Of a stretch of 64,000 nt of DNA, positions 38,083 through 47,496 are shown piece after piece. Below the pieces are notes generated by a model. The model had not been told where the DNA came from, searched no databases, and saw only the letters and a list, made by a program, of their open reading frames with translations. Both the position numbers and the translations under genes were made by a program. Source of the stretch: a virus; the IMG/VR virus record IMGVR_UViG_3300008516_000114, positions 1 through 64,000 of that record. One strand, given 5' to 3'. The stretch's first letter is position 1. Each line of letters begins with the position of its first letter.

Positions 38083-38295
38083 ATGCTCCTGCCTGAAAAG
38101 GTAAAAAAGTATAAGCCTAAAAAAAAGAAAGGCGAAAAGCAGGTGAATATAGGAATTAAATACAGAGAAATGAGAACAGCGGAAAGTTTCGGGAAACTAC
38201 CACATGAATTTTATAACGCTCCTAAATGGAGTCAGGTACTTGCTATCGCTTTCTTTGAGGCAAAACAGAAAATCGAATCCTATTTGAGTGATTAA
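38083..38295 (+). CDS. Putative gpT-like chaperone extension
   Basis: No RBS; AESFGKLPHEF motif typical of chaperone T parts; -1 frame relative to the upstream ORF. Confidence 0.5.
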   Translation: MLLPEKVKKYKPKKKKGEKQVNIGIKYREMRTAESFGKLPHEFYNAPKWSQVLAIAFFEAKQKIESYLSD

Positions 38296-38298
38296 GAG

Positions 38299-39018
38299 AT
38301 GCAGTATTTATCGGATTGGGAAGTAAGGAATATAAGAATGGGAATAGGGGATATGATATATTCCGGTGAGGCACAGATAATACGTTTAGAATGGTTTGGC
38401 ACGGATACCAGTGAGGGCAATGTCTATGTAGCACGCTCAGGCGGGAGCATTGATGTTTTAACAACGGGATACAATAAATATTTCAGAGATACACCACAGA
38501 CTATTAGCGATGGATCGTGGTATCTATATACGGAGGATAATATTTCCGCATATATTCATATAGTAGATGAATTCGATACAAGACAATTTGATAATCAGAA
38601 AATAGTTATTGGCGATACGCTTATTTATATGAAGACGAGTTTGAATTTATATAAACGTGATAAACTCCGGGTAGTGCATTTACTTGATACTGAAAAGGTA
38701 ACAGGCACAGGCACGGGCAGCGGGTCTAACTGGTTAGACGAATCTGCTTCATGGGATACAAATAAGTATAAAGGATTCTGGTTAGTATTTTCAGATAGGC
38801 GTTTTTTGATAATAGCGAATACAGGAACACAATTAACGGTAAATCTTGATGGTTATACATTACCAGCATCGGGAAGTTATACTATACAACCTTGTATCGA
38901 ATATTCCACAAAGATAATTAATCCTGATCTGGCTGATGGATTAAGTGTACCGTTTGGTGATGAAATACCTTTTCAGGTTTTGGTTTGTGAGAGGGTGGAG
39001 CAGAGTGGAGTGCGATGA
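38299..39018 (+). CDS. Structural protein (head-closure-like, with a WDTNKYKG beta insert)
   Basis: Shares the W..N.W/Y.G...I..NT...T module with other tail proteins in this window. Confidence 0.45.
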   Translation: MQYLSDWEVRNIRMGIGDMIYSGEAQIIRLEWFGTDTSEGNVYVARSGGSIDVLTTGYNKYFRDTPQTISDGSWYLYTEDNISAYIHIVDEFDTRQFDNQKIVIGDTLIYMKTSLNLYKRDKLRVVHLLDTEKVTGTGTGSGSNWLDESASWDTNKYKGFWLVFSDRRFLIIANTGTQLTVNLDGYTLPASGSYTIQPCIEYSTKIINPDLADGLSVPFGDEIPFQVLVCERVEQSGVR

Positions 39019-39020
39019 TG

Positions 39021-39055
39021 AAATTTTTAATTTTTAATTGTTAATTATTAATTGG
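39021..39055 (+). repeat. Heptamer tandem array x5
   Basis: aaatttt taatttt taattgt taattat taattgg. Confidence 0.85.
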
Positions 39056-39062
39056 TGGAAAG

Positions 39063-39545
39063 ATGGGAATAACAACAACATTGAGTATTGCGAATCTTGA
39101 TTACACAATGAATATGATTTTGGTCGAATGGCTTTCGGATAGTAATTGCTTTGGGGATCCAGAATCCGAATTGAGAATTGGTAATGTTGTTATTGGCATT
39201 ATTGAATATACAGGTGCATTAAATCGTCCTGAAATAAATGTTGAAATTATTCCGATAGGAATTAGATCAACAGGAGCGGGAGAATGTGGTGAAAGAAAGG
39301 AATTCCGTACCTATAATGCGCATATAAGGATTATAACCGCAAAAGGTAGTTTTAAATATGCTGGTGATATAGGTTCAATACAGTTAGGTGACATATTGAT
39401 GGAATATTATAGAAATGCAACAGCCGGTAAAGTGGCATTAGCACAGGCGGGATTGAGGAAAAATAGATTGAATGGTGGGTTTCCGTCAAATGATGGGAAT
39501 TATATTTATAACGACTTTTATCTCACCTTTGAGGTTTTAGTATGA
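39063..39545 (+). CDS. Tail terminator/completion-like protein
   Basis: Size, RPEINVE, terminal LTFEV, position. Confidence 0.45.
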   Translation: MGITTTLSIANLDYTMNMILVEWLSDSNCFGDPESELRIGNVVIGIIEYTGALNRPEINVEIIPIGIRSTGAGECGERKEFRTYNAHIRIITAKGSFKYAGDIGSIQLGDILMEYYRNATAGKVALAQAGLRKNRLNGGFPSNDGNYIYNDFYLTFEVLV

Positions 39546-40015
39546 TTGCTTATGAAGATAATGTAGCACAGGTAATGGTTTCATTAACCAAAAAGCAATC
39601 GGCATTGCTTGATTGGAATAAATTCTTGAAAAAAAGAAAAAATGAATATAAAGGAAATGCCAAAAATATTGTTTTGATTGATATCTATTCCTATCCCGAA
39701 AATCCTAAATATAAGAGAAGTATGGATACATTGAATAGTGTCGATACGGATATACCAGAGAAAAACACTTTAAGAGTATTCCTTAACCCGGCATTAGCAA
39801 CAAGGAATAAGAGATTTCCAGGATTACAGAGTTATGCTTACCTGATGGGTAAAGCAGAGGCGGGATTTAGATATTATCCAGCATTTGTCAGGCGTGGCAT
39901 ATTCTTTAAGAAACGTGGTGAGCCGAGAGATTTTTTGGTATCATGGCATGATAGAATTGGGAAAGTATTTAAGGAAGATGTGAATAAAGAGATTAAAAAG
40001 GCATTAAAGAAATAA
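39542..40015 (+). CDS. HK97 gp10-like neck/tail completion protein
   Basis: Basic protein; YKRS..TLNS, SYA, EPRDFL. Confidence 0.5.
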   Translation: MIAYEDNVAQVMVSLTKKQSALLDWNKFLKKRKNEYKGNAKNIVLIDIYSYPENPKYKRSMDTLNSVDTDIPEKNTLRVFLNPALATRNKRFPGLQSYAYLMGKAEAGFRYYPAFVRRGIFFKKRGEPRDFLVSWHDRIGKVFKEDVNKEIKKALKK

Positions 40016-43000
40016 TGGAAAATACTGATATTATACAATTATTGCTGAAAGTAAATGCTACAGAAGCCAAAAAAATTGATAAAATCACGGGCTATCTGGC
40101 TAAACAAAAAGCAATGTTGAAATTATTATCAAAAGAGAGGGATAAAGCATTTCAACCCAAAGCTATAAATCAATATTCTAAGGCAATTGGGCATACAAAA
40201 AACAATATTGAAAAGCTTACTACTGAAGTTGAAAAATCAACAAAGGGATTCTTAGGACTTGGACAAACACTTGGTTATACTGCTAAAAAAGTTGCTATGT
40301 GGACTATATCTACGGGTATGATTTATGGAACTTTAAGAGCTTTAAAATCGGGTATTGCCACTATTTCTATGGTAGATAGCAAAATGGTGGATTTACAGAA
40401 AGTATTTATCGGCACATCCGGCGAATTAAAAATGCTTAAAGCCGATATAATGGATGAATCTATTGCAATGGGATCGCTTATTGATACCACTATGGATGCT
40501 GCAATTGAATTAGGTAGAATGGGCAAGACAAGAACAGAGATAAGCACATTAATGAGAACTTCATTGCTTGCTCAGAATATAGCAGAGATAGAAGCTTCCG
40601 ATGCCACGAAATATTTAAACGCAGCAATATTGCAATTCAATAAAATAGCCGATGATTCTATCACTATTTTAGATCAATGGAATCAGCTCAGCAATCAGAT
40701 GCCAGTAAGAACGATAGATTTTGCACAAGCGGTATCAGCAACGGGCTCTGTTATGCAGCAGGCGGGTGCTGAAATAGAGGATTTGAATGCTTATGTTGCA
40801 ACACTATCAGCTTCAATGGCAAAAAGTGGGCGTGAGATAGGGCAGGCATTGAAAACAATTACCAGTTATGCTTATCGTCCGGCAACAAGGGTAAAAATTA
40901 AAGATATTCTGGATATCGATGTTAAGGATATAAGAGGCAATTTGATAGATATAGATGAATTGCTTTTAAGAGTGGCGTCAAGCTGGGATACATTGAGAGA
41001 ATCAGAACAGGAAGAGCTGGCGCAGAGCATTGCAGGAGTAAGAAGAAAAGCATTCTTTTTGAGTTTAATGGAGAATTTTGATCTTGTATTAGAAGCACAT
41101 GCCAAACAATGGGATGCAGCAGGTTCAGCATATCAGGAAAATGAAATTAGATTATCTTCATTAAAAACGAAAGTAGAACAATTACAGGCAGCATTACAAA
41201 AATTATCAGTACAGGGTGGGGATACGGGATTACTTGGATTAATGAAAAAAACAATAGATAATTCAAGAATATTAGTAGAAAATTTTGAAGATATGAATGG
41301 TACTTTGCAAATTTTAGCAACTGTTGGTATTCCAATAACTTTGACTGGAATAGCATTATTGATGAAAAAGATAACTTTTTTAAATGCTATTATGAGTGTT
41401 ACAATGGGAAAACTTACTATTTGGATTGCTGTTATTGGCGGAACTCTTTATGGATTAAACAAATTATCGAAAGCACTTGCTGGCAATGCTGCTAAATTGC
41501 GTGAACAAAGGAGAGAAATAGAAAAAAGTATAGATAAAATAAGAATCCAAAAACAAGAACAGAAGGCATTAATAGATCAATATGAATTATACAAACAGGC
41601 TTTTGATGTTTATGATGAATTAAGGAAAAAGGGAGAAGATACTACCGAAGCAGAGAAGAATCTTAAAAAGGTTTTGGAAGAAATAAATAAATTAAATCCT
41701 GAATTGGTAGAATCTACAGATAGTTATACTAAATCATTGAAAAGATTTGAGGGATGGGTTAATAAAGCAAGAAAAGCAATAGAAGAATTGACAAGAACAG
41801 AACTGGAAAGACGTGAAGAAAGTATTTTAGCAGGTTTTGAATTTAGAACTGACGATTTAAGAAGATCATTTAATTTAGCAATGGCCGAATTTTCTGGAGA
41901 ATGGGAAGATTTCCCTGGATTATTCAAATGGATTCCTGATTTTGCTAAGTGGGCACAACCAATATTAGGTTCACTTGGATTAGGCGATGAATTTATGGTT
42001 CTCACAGAAAATGAAATGACAAAGTTCTTTGGAAGATTACAAAAAACATATCAAGAAGATTTAAAAGCATTACCAGGAGATACAATTGATTTATTAAAAG
42101 AGAAATATGGGAAATATGATAAAGTTATTACAGAATTAACTAGGAAAAGAACAGATTTACATATAGCATCAAAAGGACAATTAACTGATGAAATCAAAGC
42201 AGTTGATACTGTTTTAAATTTATTACAAGAACAAAAAAGTGATTTAAAAGATTTAATAAATATACGTAAAAGAGTTGCGGATATAGGTAAACCCAAACCA
42301 TCAGAGCTTAAAAAGCCTGAAGATTGGGTATCATCAGAAGATAGAGAAGCATTAATGAAATTGGAGGAATCACATGCTCTTGCTATGGCAAAATTGCGTG
42401 ACAAAGAACTTGAATACTGGAGAGAAAGATTAAGAACTCATAAATATGATGGTATTGTAGAAGAACAGGAAATAAAAAATAGAATTGAATATTTAGTCGT
42501 ACAAAAGAAAATAAAAGACGAAACAGATACAAAGAGAGAAAAAGAGAAGGAAGCACTAAAGATACTAAGAGAGCAGAAAAAAATATTAAATGAGCAAAAA
42601 CGGATATATGAGAGAATAAACGAAGAAGTACGCAAAGCACAATTGCAAATCGATACTGCAATGAAATTACAATCAAGATTTGCAGGATATGACCTTACCA
42701 GGTCTGGTGCTTATGCTTTATTAGATATGCCTGATTATGGGGCTGGATTAAGAAGAGCAAAAGCAAAGAAAGAAGCAGCCTATAAAGGAATAGGAGAAGT
42801 AAGCGGGGGCTTGATAGAACCAAGAACAATAACTTCATTAAAAGATATTAAATTAACCTCAGAATGGGCAAAAGCGAATCTTTTTGATGAAGATTATAAA
42901 GAATTGGGCAGATATTTAGGGGATTTATCAGATTCATTTGCCGATATAGAAGAAGAGCAAAAAAAATATGATATAGCAATACAAGAAGGATTAGAAACTG

Positions 43001-43962
43001 AAAAATTAAGAAAACAATTAATAGCCGATGAGGCAAAATATTTTTCCGATGAACAATTAATTCAAGAACAAATTAAATATTATAATGAACTTATATTAGA
43101 AGATAAAACAAAAATTAAGGAAATTGAAGATTCAAATTTAAGTACAGAAGAAAAAGTATTAATCATTGAATCGCTTAGATTAGATATTGGAGCAAAAAAT
43201 CTTGGAATATTAAAATTACAAAACGAACAGGATAGGATAGCAATACAGCAAAAAAGGCGAATTCATGCACAGATTGTTAATACTTTAAACCAGGTAATAA
43301 GAGATTGGTCGGCAGGTAGAAGGGGTGCAGAAGTAGGAGCAGATTTTGCCGAAGGTATGGGTGAAGCCATAGGATTAAAATTAGCAACCGAATTAGGTAA
43401 ATCTATTGCTGGTGAAGGTGCAAGTTTAATAGGTAATCTTATAGGAAATACAATTTTACCAAGTATTGGGGGAACTCTCGGTTCATTAATATTTGGTGAA
43501 ATTGGAAAACTAATCGGCTGGGAGCGTGAAGAGCCTAAATCGAGAGTAGAGGAAGCATTAGAAGAAAACACAAGGGCATTAAGAGAGAACACACAGACAT
43601 TTCAGGATTTTCAAGAGCGATTTATTAATGCACCAATAGGATTTGTGTTACCACCTGCCGCAAGGGGTAGTTTACCCAGGTTTCAGAACGAGGGTGTAGT
43701 AAAGAGAACCGGTGGGGCTATAGTACACAAAGACGAAGTAATATTAAGAGCGAGCAACCTTGAGAGAATATTGAGCAAGCGTGGCGAGCAGACCATTTCT
43801 TCATCGCAGGTAAATAGTACGGCAATGACATTCCAGTTTGGGAATATAAATATCAATAATCCAAGCAGCAATCTTGATATAAAGAGGGGACTTGAATCTG
43901 GCATGAATGAAATATTTAATGGCGGTATGCTCAGATATGCGAACGTATCATCGGAATATTAA
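40015..43962 (+). CDS. Tail tape measure protein (TP901-like core)
   Basis: 1315 aa helical; ELGRMG, SGREIGQALKTI core, hydrophobic segment, FQNEGVV...IVHKDE near the C-terminus. Confidence 0.92.
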   Translation: MENTDIIQLLLKVNATEAKKIDKITGYLAKQKAMLKLLSKERDKAFQPKAINQYSKAIGHTKNNIEKLTTEVEKSTKGFLGLGQTLGYTAKKVAMWTISTGMIYGTLRALKSGIATISMVDSKMVDLQKVFIGTSGELKMLKADIMDESIAMGSLIDTTMDAAIELGRMGKTRTEISTLMRTSLLAQNIAEIEASDATKYLNAAILQFNKIADDSITILDQWNQLSNQMPVRTIDFAQAVSATGSVMQQAGAEIEDLNAYVATLSASMAKSGREIGQALKTITSYAYRPATRVKIKDILDIDVKDIRGNLIDIDELLLRVASSWDTLRESEQEELAQSIAGVRRKAFFLSLMENFDLVLEAHAKQWDAAGSAYQENEIRLSSLKTKVEQLQAALQKLSVQGGDTGLLGLMKKTIDNSRILVENFEDMNGTLQILATVGIPITLTGIALLMKKITFLNAIMSVTMGKLTIWIAVIGGTLYGLNKLSKALAGNAAKLREQRREIEKSIDKIRIQKQEQKALIDQYELYKQAFDVYDELRKKGEDTTEAEKNLKKVLEEINKLNPELVESTDSYTKSLKRFEGWVNKARKAIEELTRTELERREESILAGFEFRTDDLRRSFNLAMAEFSGEWEDFPGLFKWIPDFAKWAQPILGSLGLGDEFMVLTENEMTKFFGRLQKTYQEDLKALPGDTIDLLKEKYGKYDKVITELTRKRTDLHIASKGQLTDEIKAVDTVLNLLQEQKSDLKDLINIRKRVADIGKPKPSELKKPEDWVSSEDREALMKLEESHALAMAKLRDKELEYWRERLRTHKYDGIVEEQEIKNRIEYLVVQKKIKDETDTKREKEKEALKILREQKKILNEQKRIYERINEEVRKAQLQIDTAMKLQSRFAGYDLTRSGAYALLDMPDYGAGLRRAKAKKEAAYKGIGEVSGGLIEPRTITSLKDIKLTSEWAKANLFDEDYKELGRYLGDLSDSFADIEEEQKKYDIAIQEGLETEKLRKQLIADEAKYFSDEQLIQEQIKYYNELILEDKTKIKEIEDSNLSTEEKVLIIESLRLDIGAKNLGILKLQNEQDRIAIQQKRRIHAQIVNTLNQVIRDWSAGRRGAEVGADFAEGMGEAIGLKLATELGKSIAGEGASLIGNLIGNTILPSIGGTLGSLIFGEIGKLIGWEREEPKSRVEEALEENTRALRENTQTFQDFQERFINAPIGFVLPPAARGSLPRFQNEGVVKRTGGAIVHKDEVILRASNLERILSKRGEQTISSSQVNSTAMTFQFGNININNPSSNLDIKRGLESGMNEIFNGGMLRYANVSSEY

Positions 43963-43976
43963 AAGAGGAGATATGT

Positions 43977-45119
43977 ATGAATGATATAATACCTAAGAAC
44001 ATTGAAGAGTATTTTAAAGAAAATCCCGGGGTAGGGCGAATAAGACTGGGGAATGAATTTAATATACCACAACAGGAGGCGAGGTTTTATTGTAGTATTT
44101 TTAAGGGTACTTATAATAAAGATAGTGATTTTGATTGTAGAAATACAAATATTAAAAAAGAACAATTAATTAAAATTTTAAAATCTGAAAAATATTCTGT
44201 TGAAGATTTAAGCAATAGATTAAAAATAATCCCTGCGGAAACAAGGGAATTGCTACAACAATTAAAAGATGAAAAATATAATCTTCATATACATGATGGT
44301 AAATATGAATTATCTAAAGAGTTAAAATCCTCTTATAAAAGAAGTTTGAATATATCACATTGGCAGAATAATAAGATTAAATTTGGATTCGTTGCCGATA
44401 CGCATTTAGGAAGTAAATATGAACGTTTAGATGCATTGAATCTAACATACGATATTTTTCAAGATGAAGGTATTGAATTGGTGTATCATGGAGGTAATTT
44501 TATTGATGGTGAATCCCGATTTAATAAATATGAAATTCACATTATTGGTATGACACCACAGGTAGAATATTTTATTAACAATTACCCTAAACGTGAAAAT
44601 ATCATTACAAAATTCATCTCTGGTGACGATCATGAAGGCTGGTATGTACAGCGTGAGCGTATAAACATTGGCGAATATGTTCAATTAAAAGCAGAACAAG
44701 CAAATAGAGATGATCTTGAATATATAGGACATGTTGAAGTTGATATTGAATTAGAAGGAATAGAAGGCAATTCTTGGATTCGACTAATGCATGGTGGCGG
44801 TGGTTCAGCTTATGCTTTATCATATACACCACAAAAAATCGTTGAGTCATATTCGGGAGGAGAAAAGCCAAGAGTTTTACTGCTCGGACATTATCACAAA
44901 TTAGATTATTGCTACCCAAGAGAAGTACATGTAATACAAATGGGAAGTTTCCAAGACCAAACTATCTGGTCACGAAAGAAAAAAATACAATCTCATATAG
45001 GTGGCGGAATTCTTGAAATGAATCAAGCACCCGATGGAACAATAAATAGAGTAAAGGTAGAATTTATCACCTTTTTCGATAAAGGATTTTATAAAGGCAA
45101 AGACAAATATTGGAAATAG
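43977..45119 (+). CDS. Calcineurin-like metallophosphoesterase with N-terminal HTH
   Basis: ADTHLG, GNFIDG, GDDHE, MHG, GHYH. Confidence 0.85.
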   Translation: MNDIIPKNIEEYFKENPGVGRIRLGNEFNIPQQEARFYCSIFKGTYNKDSDFDCRNTNIKKEQLIKILKSEKYSVEDLSNRLKIIPAETRELLQQLKDEKYNLHIHDGKYELSKELKSSYKRSLNISHWQNNKIKFGFVADTHLGSKYERLDALNLTYDIFQDEGIELVYHGGNFIDGESRFNKYEIHIIGMTPQVEYFINNYPKRENIITKFISGDDHEGWYVQRERINIGEYVQLKAEQANRDDLEYIGHVEVDIELEGIEGNSWIRLMHGGGGSAYALSYTPQKIVESYSGGEKPRVLLLGHYHKLDYCYPREVHVIQMGSFQDQTIWSRKKKIQSHIGGGILEMNQAPDGTINRVKVEFITFFDKGFYKGKDKYWK

Positions 45120-45120
45120 A

Positions 45121-45879
45121 ATGAAATTATATCAAAATAAAGATTGGCTAAAAGAACAATATTTAGATAAGAAATTATCTACGACACAAATTGCAAAATC
45201 ATGTGATTGTAGTAGTGGAACTATTTGTAATGGGCTAAAAAAATATAATATCCCAGCTCGTTCTACGCCAGAAGGTAATCATTTATCAAAAAGAAATCAT
45301 TGCGATTTATCTGAAGAAGCAAAACAGTGGATAGATGGAGAGCTTATGGGCGATGGGTGTTTACTTTCTTATTCAAAATATTCTGCTAATTTTAATTATT
45401 GTTCAAAATACGAGGAGTATATTAATTATATTTTAGATACACTCAATTCTTTTAATATAAAACAAGCTGGTAAAATAAATAAATATTATCATAAAAAAAG
45501 ATGCTATTATAGTTATCATTATGCGTCTTTATGTTATCCCGAACTTTTATCAATTAGAAAATATTGGTATCCTAATGGGCATAAGATTATTCCAAAAGAT
45601 TTAAAATTAACTCCATTAATTTTAAGGCAAGAATATATTGGTGATGGTAATTTATCTCATCCAAAATATGGAAGACCATATATTAGATTAGCAACTCATG
45701 GTTTTTCAACTGAAGGTGTAGAATGGCTTGTAAATAAATTAAATAAATTAAATTTTAAATCGACAAGACGTCCAAGTGATAATCAAATTCATATTTCAGC
45801 ACACTCCACTAAAGATTTTCTTGATTATATTGGTGAGTGTCCCATTCAATGCTATCAATACAAGTGGAATTATAATTAA
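45121..45879 (+). CDS. Free-standing two-motif LAGLIDADG homing endonuclease with N-terminal HTH
   Basis: WIDGELMGDG and EYIGDG motifs, WYPNGHKIIP, LATHGFS; KDWLKEQY..STTQIA HTH. Confidence 0.85.
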   Translation: MKLYQNKDWLKEQYLDKKLSTTQIAKSCDCSSGTICNGLKKYNIPARSTPEGNHLSKRNHCDLSEEAKQWIDGELMGDGCLLSYSKYSANFNYCSKYEEYINYILDTLNSFNIKQAGKINKYYHKKRCYYSYHYASLCYPELLSIRKYWYPNGHKIIPKDLKLTPLILRQEYIGDGNLSHPKYGRPYIRLATHGFSTEGVEWLVNKLNKLNFKSTRRPSDNQIHISAHSTKDFLDYIGECPIQCYQYKWNYN

Positions 45880-45890
45880 GGAGTTATAGA

Positions 45891-46526
45891 ATGAGTCGTT
45901 ACATAAGAATTGCTGATGATGAAGTAATGGAAACAAATCTTTTCGACTTTACGGAGTATCCCAGCAATATTACAATTGAAGATAATGATAACCCGACTGT
46001 ATTAAATGCACTTGATGGCGAGGGAGTTTTACAATACAATTTTGTAGATGTAAGAGAATTTGAAATAATCTTTGAATCCCTGAAGAGATCAACACACGAT
46101 AAGGGCGCAGGCACACTAATAAATGAATTAAAGGATAGGAAATTCAAGATTACCGGTAATAATTATTATTTGCGATACACGCCGGAAGTTAGCGATATAA
46201 TCAATGATGTAACAGATGATGTAATTTCTGTTGACACGGGGGGTATGGTTACAAATGCTTATCAATATATGGATCTGGTTTGTGATGATGATAATGGCGA
46301 CTTACAGGCATTTTTTATTACATCTAATGATGCAGATAGTTTTACCGTGGAATTAGATGGTAGGGTACCGGATACAGGAGCATGTTATGTTATTGACAGA
46401 GCACACAATCCGCTGAAAATATCTACACCTATCAAGATGCGTATCAATGATATTGAAGAGAAATTAGTACCAAATACGGAAGAGGCGTTTTTTGATGTGG
46501 TTGTTAAATGTCAAAAGGTAGTGTAA
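45891..46526 (+). CDS. Distal-tail-like structural protein
   Basis: AAGGAG RBS; first structural gene after the tape measure. Confidence 0.5.
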   Translation: MSRYIRIADDEVMETNLFDFTEYPSNITIEDNDNPTVLNALDGEGVLQYNFVDVREFEIIFESLKRSTHDKGAGTLINELKDRKFKITGNNYYLRYTPEVSDIINDVTDDVISVDTGGMVTNAYQYMDLVCDDDNGDLQAFFITSNDADSFTVELDGRVPDTGACYVIDRAHNPLKISTPIKMRINDIEEKLVPNTEEAFFDVVVKCQKVV

Positions 46527-46877
46527 TAACTCCTTGCACTTTTTACTAAGTTGGAGGTGATATGAAAGTAGAAGTAATAAATAGAGATGGTATAATCAGT
46601 AATATATTGCCGAAAAATGAACTATCACTGCAATAATTGGTAATATATTACTGATTAACACGATGAATGGAGGTTAATCAGCAACAAATGTTTTATAACA
46701 TCGAATTCTCAGTAGCAACGAGTAATCAGATTGAAGCAGCCACTCTGCAAGCGCCCGGTTTTGTTTTGGGTCGTGATTGCGGGTTAACTGGAGGATGTCC
46801 TAAATGTAGCCCCCTTCCTCCCTATAATGAGAAAGAGAGAGACATTTCTATTTTTATAATTGATAGAAAGAAAGAAA

Positions 46878-47102
46878 ATGAAGGCAATTTTAATATTCAA
46901 ATTACCGGAAGATAAGTTTGATTTTGAATGTGCTTGTAAAGGTGCTGAATATCTATTTGCGTTAAAAGATATTAGAGAATATTTACGTGAAGAATTGAAA
47001 TGGGGCGAACATAAAGACGGGGAATTTGAAATGCTTGAAAAGATGGAAAAAGAATTTTTTAATATTATTGAGGAAAGGAATATCAATCTTGATATCGAAT
47101 AA
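46878..47102 (+). CDS. Small conserved-type phage protein
   Basis: MKAIL.F.LPED...F..A..G......L......LR..LK pattern. Confidence 0.65.
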   Translation: MKAILIFKLPEDKFDFECACKGAEYLFALKDIREYLREELKWGEHKDGEFEMLEKMEKEFFNIIEERNINLDIE

Positions 47103-47106
47103 TAAT

Positions 47107-47179
47107 TGCGGGGTGGAGGAGATGGTTTCCTTGTGGGTTTCATACACCCAAGACGGTGGTTCGAGTCCATCCCCCGCGA
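47107..47179 (+). tRNA. tRNA-Met(CAT), initiator-like, CCA not encoded
   Basis: Cloverleaf: acceptor TGCGGGG/CCCCGCG, D-stem GAGG/CCTT, anticodon stem TGGGT/ACCCA with loop TTCATAC, T-arm GGTGG-TTCGAGT-CCATC. Confidence 0.9.
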
Positions 47180-47250
47180 GAAACAAGGACTGGAAATAAT
47201 AGAGGATTTTAATTTACATAATAAAGAAATAATTAAAAAAGGAGTTAATT

Positions 47251-47496
47251 ATGAAAAATCGAGCTGATAAAGGTAAATTAAGAATTATAAGTGATGGATC
47301 TTCAGAGGGTACTTATATTTATGATGATAACGGAAAAGAAATGCTTTATATGACTAATATTCAAATAAATATGAGTTTTGATAAAGATGAAGTAAGTACC
47401 GTTATTGAAGTAATCAATGTTGAATCTGATATTCAAATAGATATTGATAAAGTCCAGATAAAACAAAAGAAAATAAAAGATGAATCCAGTAAATAG
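47251..47496 (+). CDS. Small hypothetical protein
   Basis: AAGGAG RBS; IISDGS.EGT motif. Confidence 0.6.
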   Translation: MKNRADKGKLRIISDGSSEGTYIYDDNGKEMLYMTNIQINMSFDKDEVSTVIEVINVESDIQIDIDKVQIKQKKIKDESSK

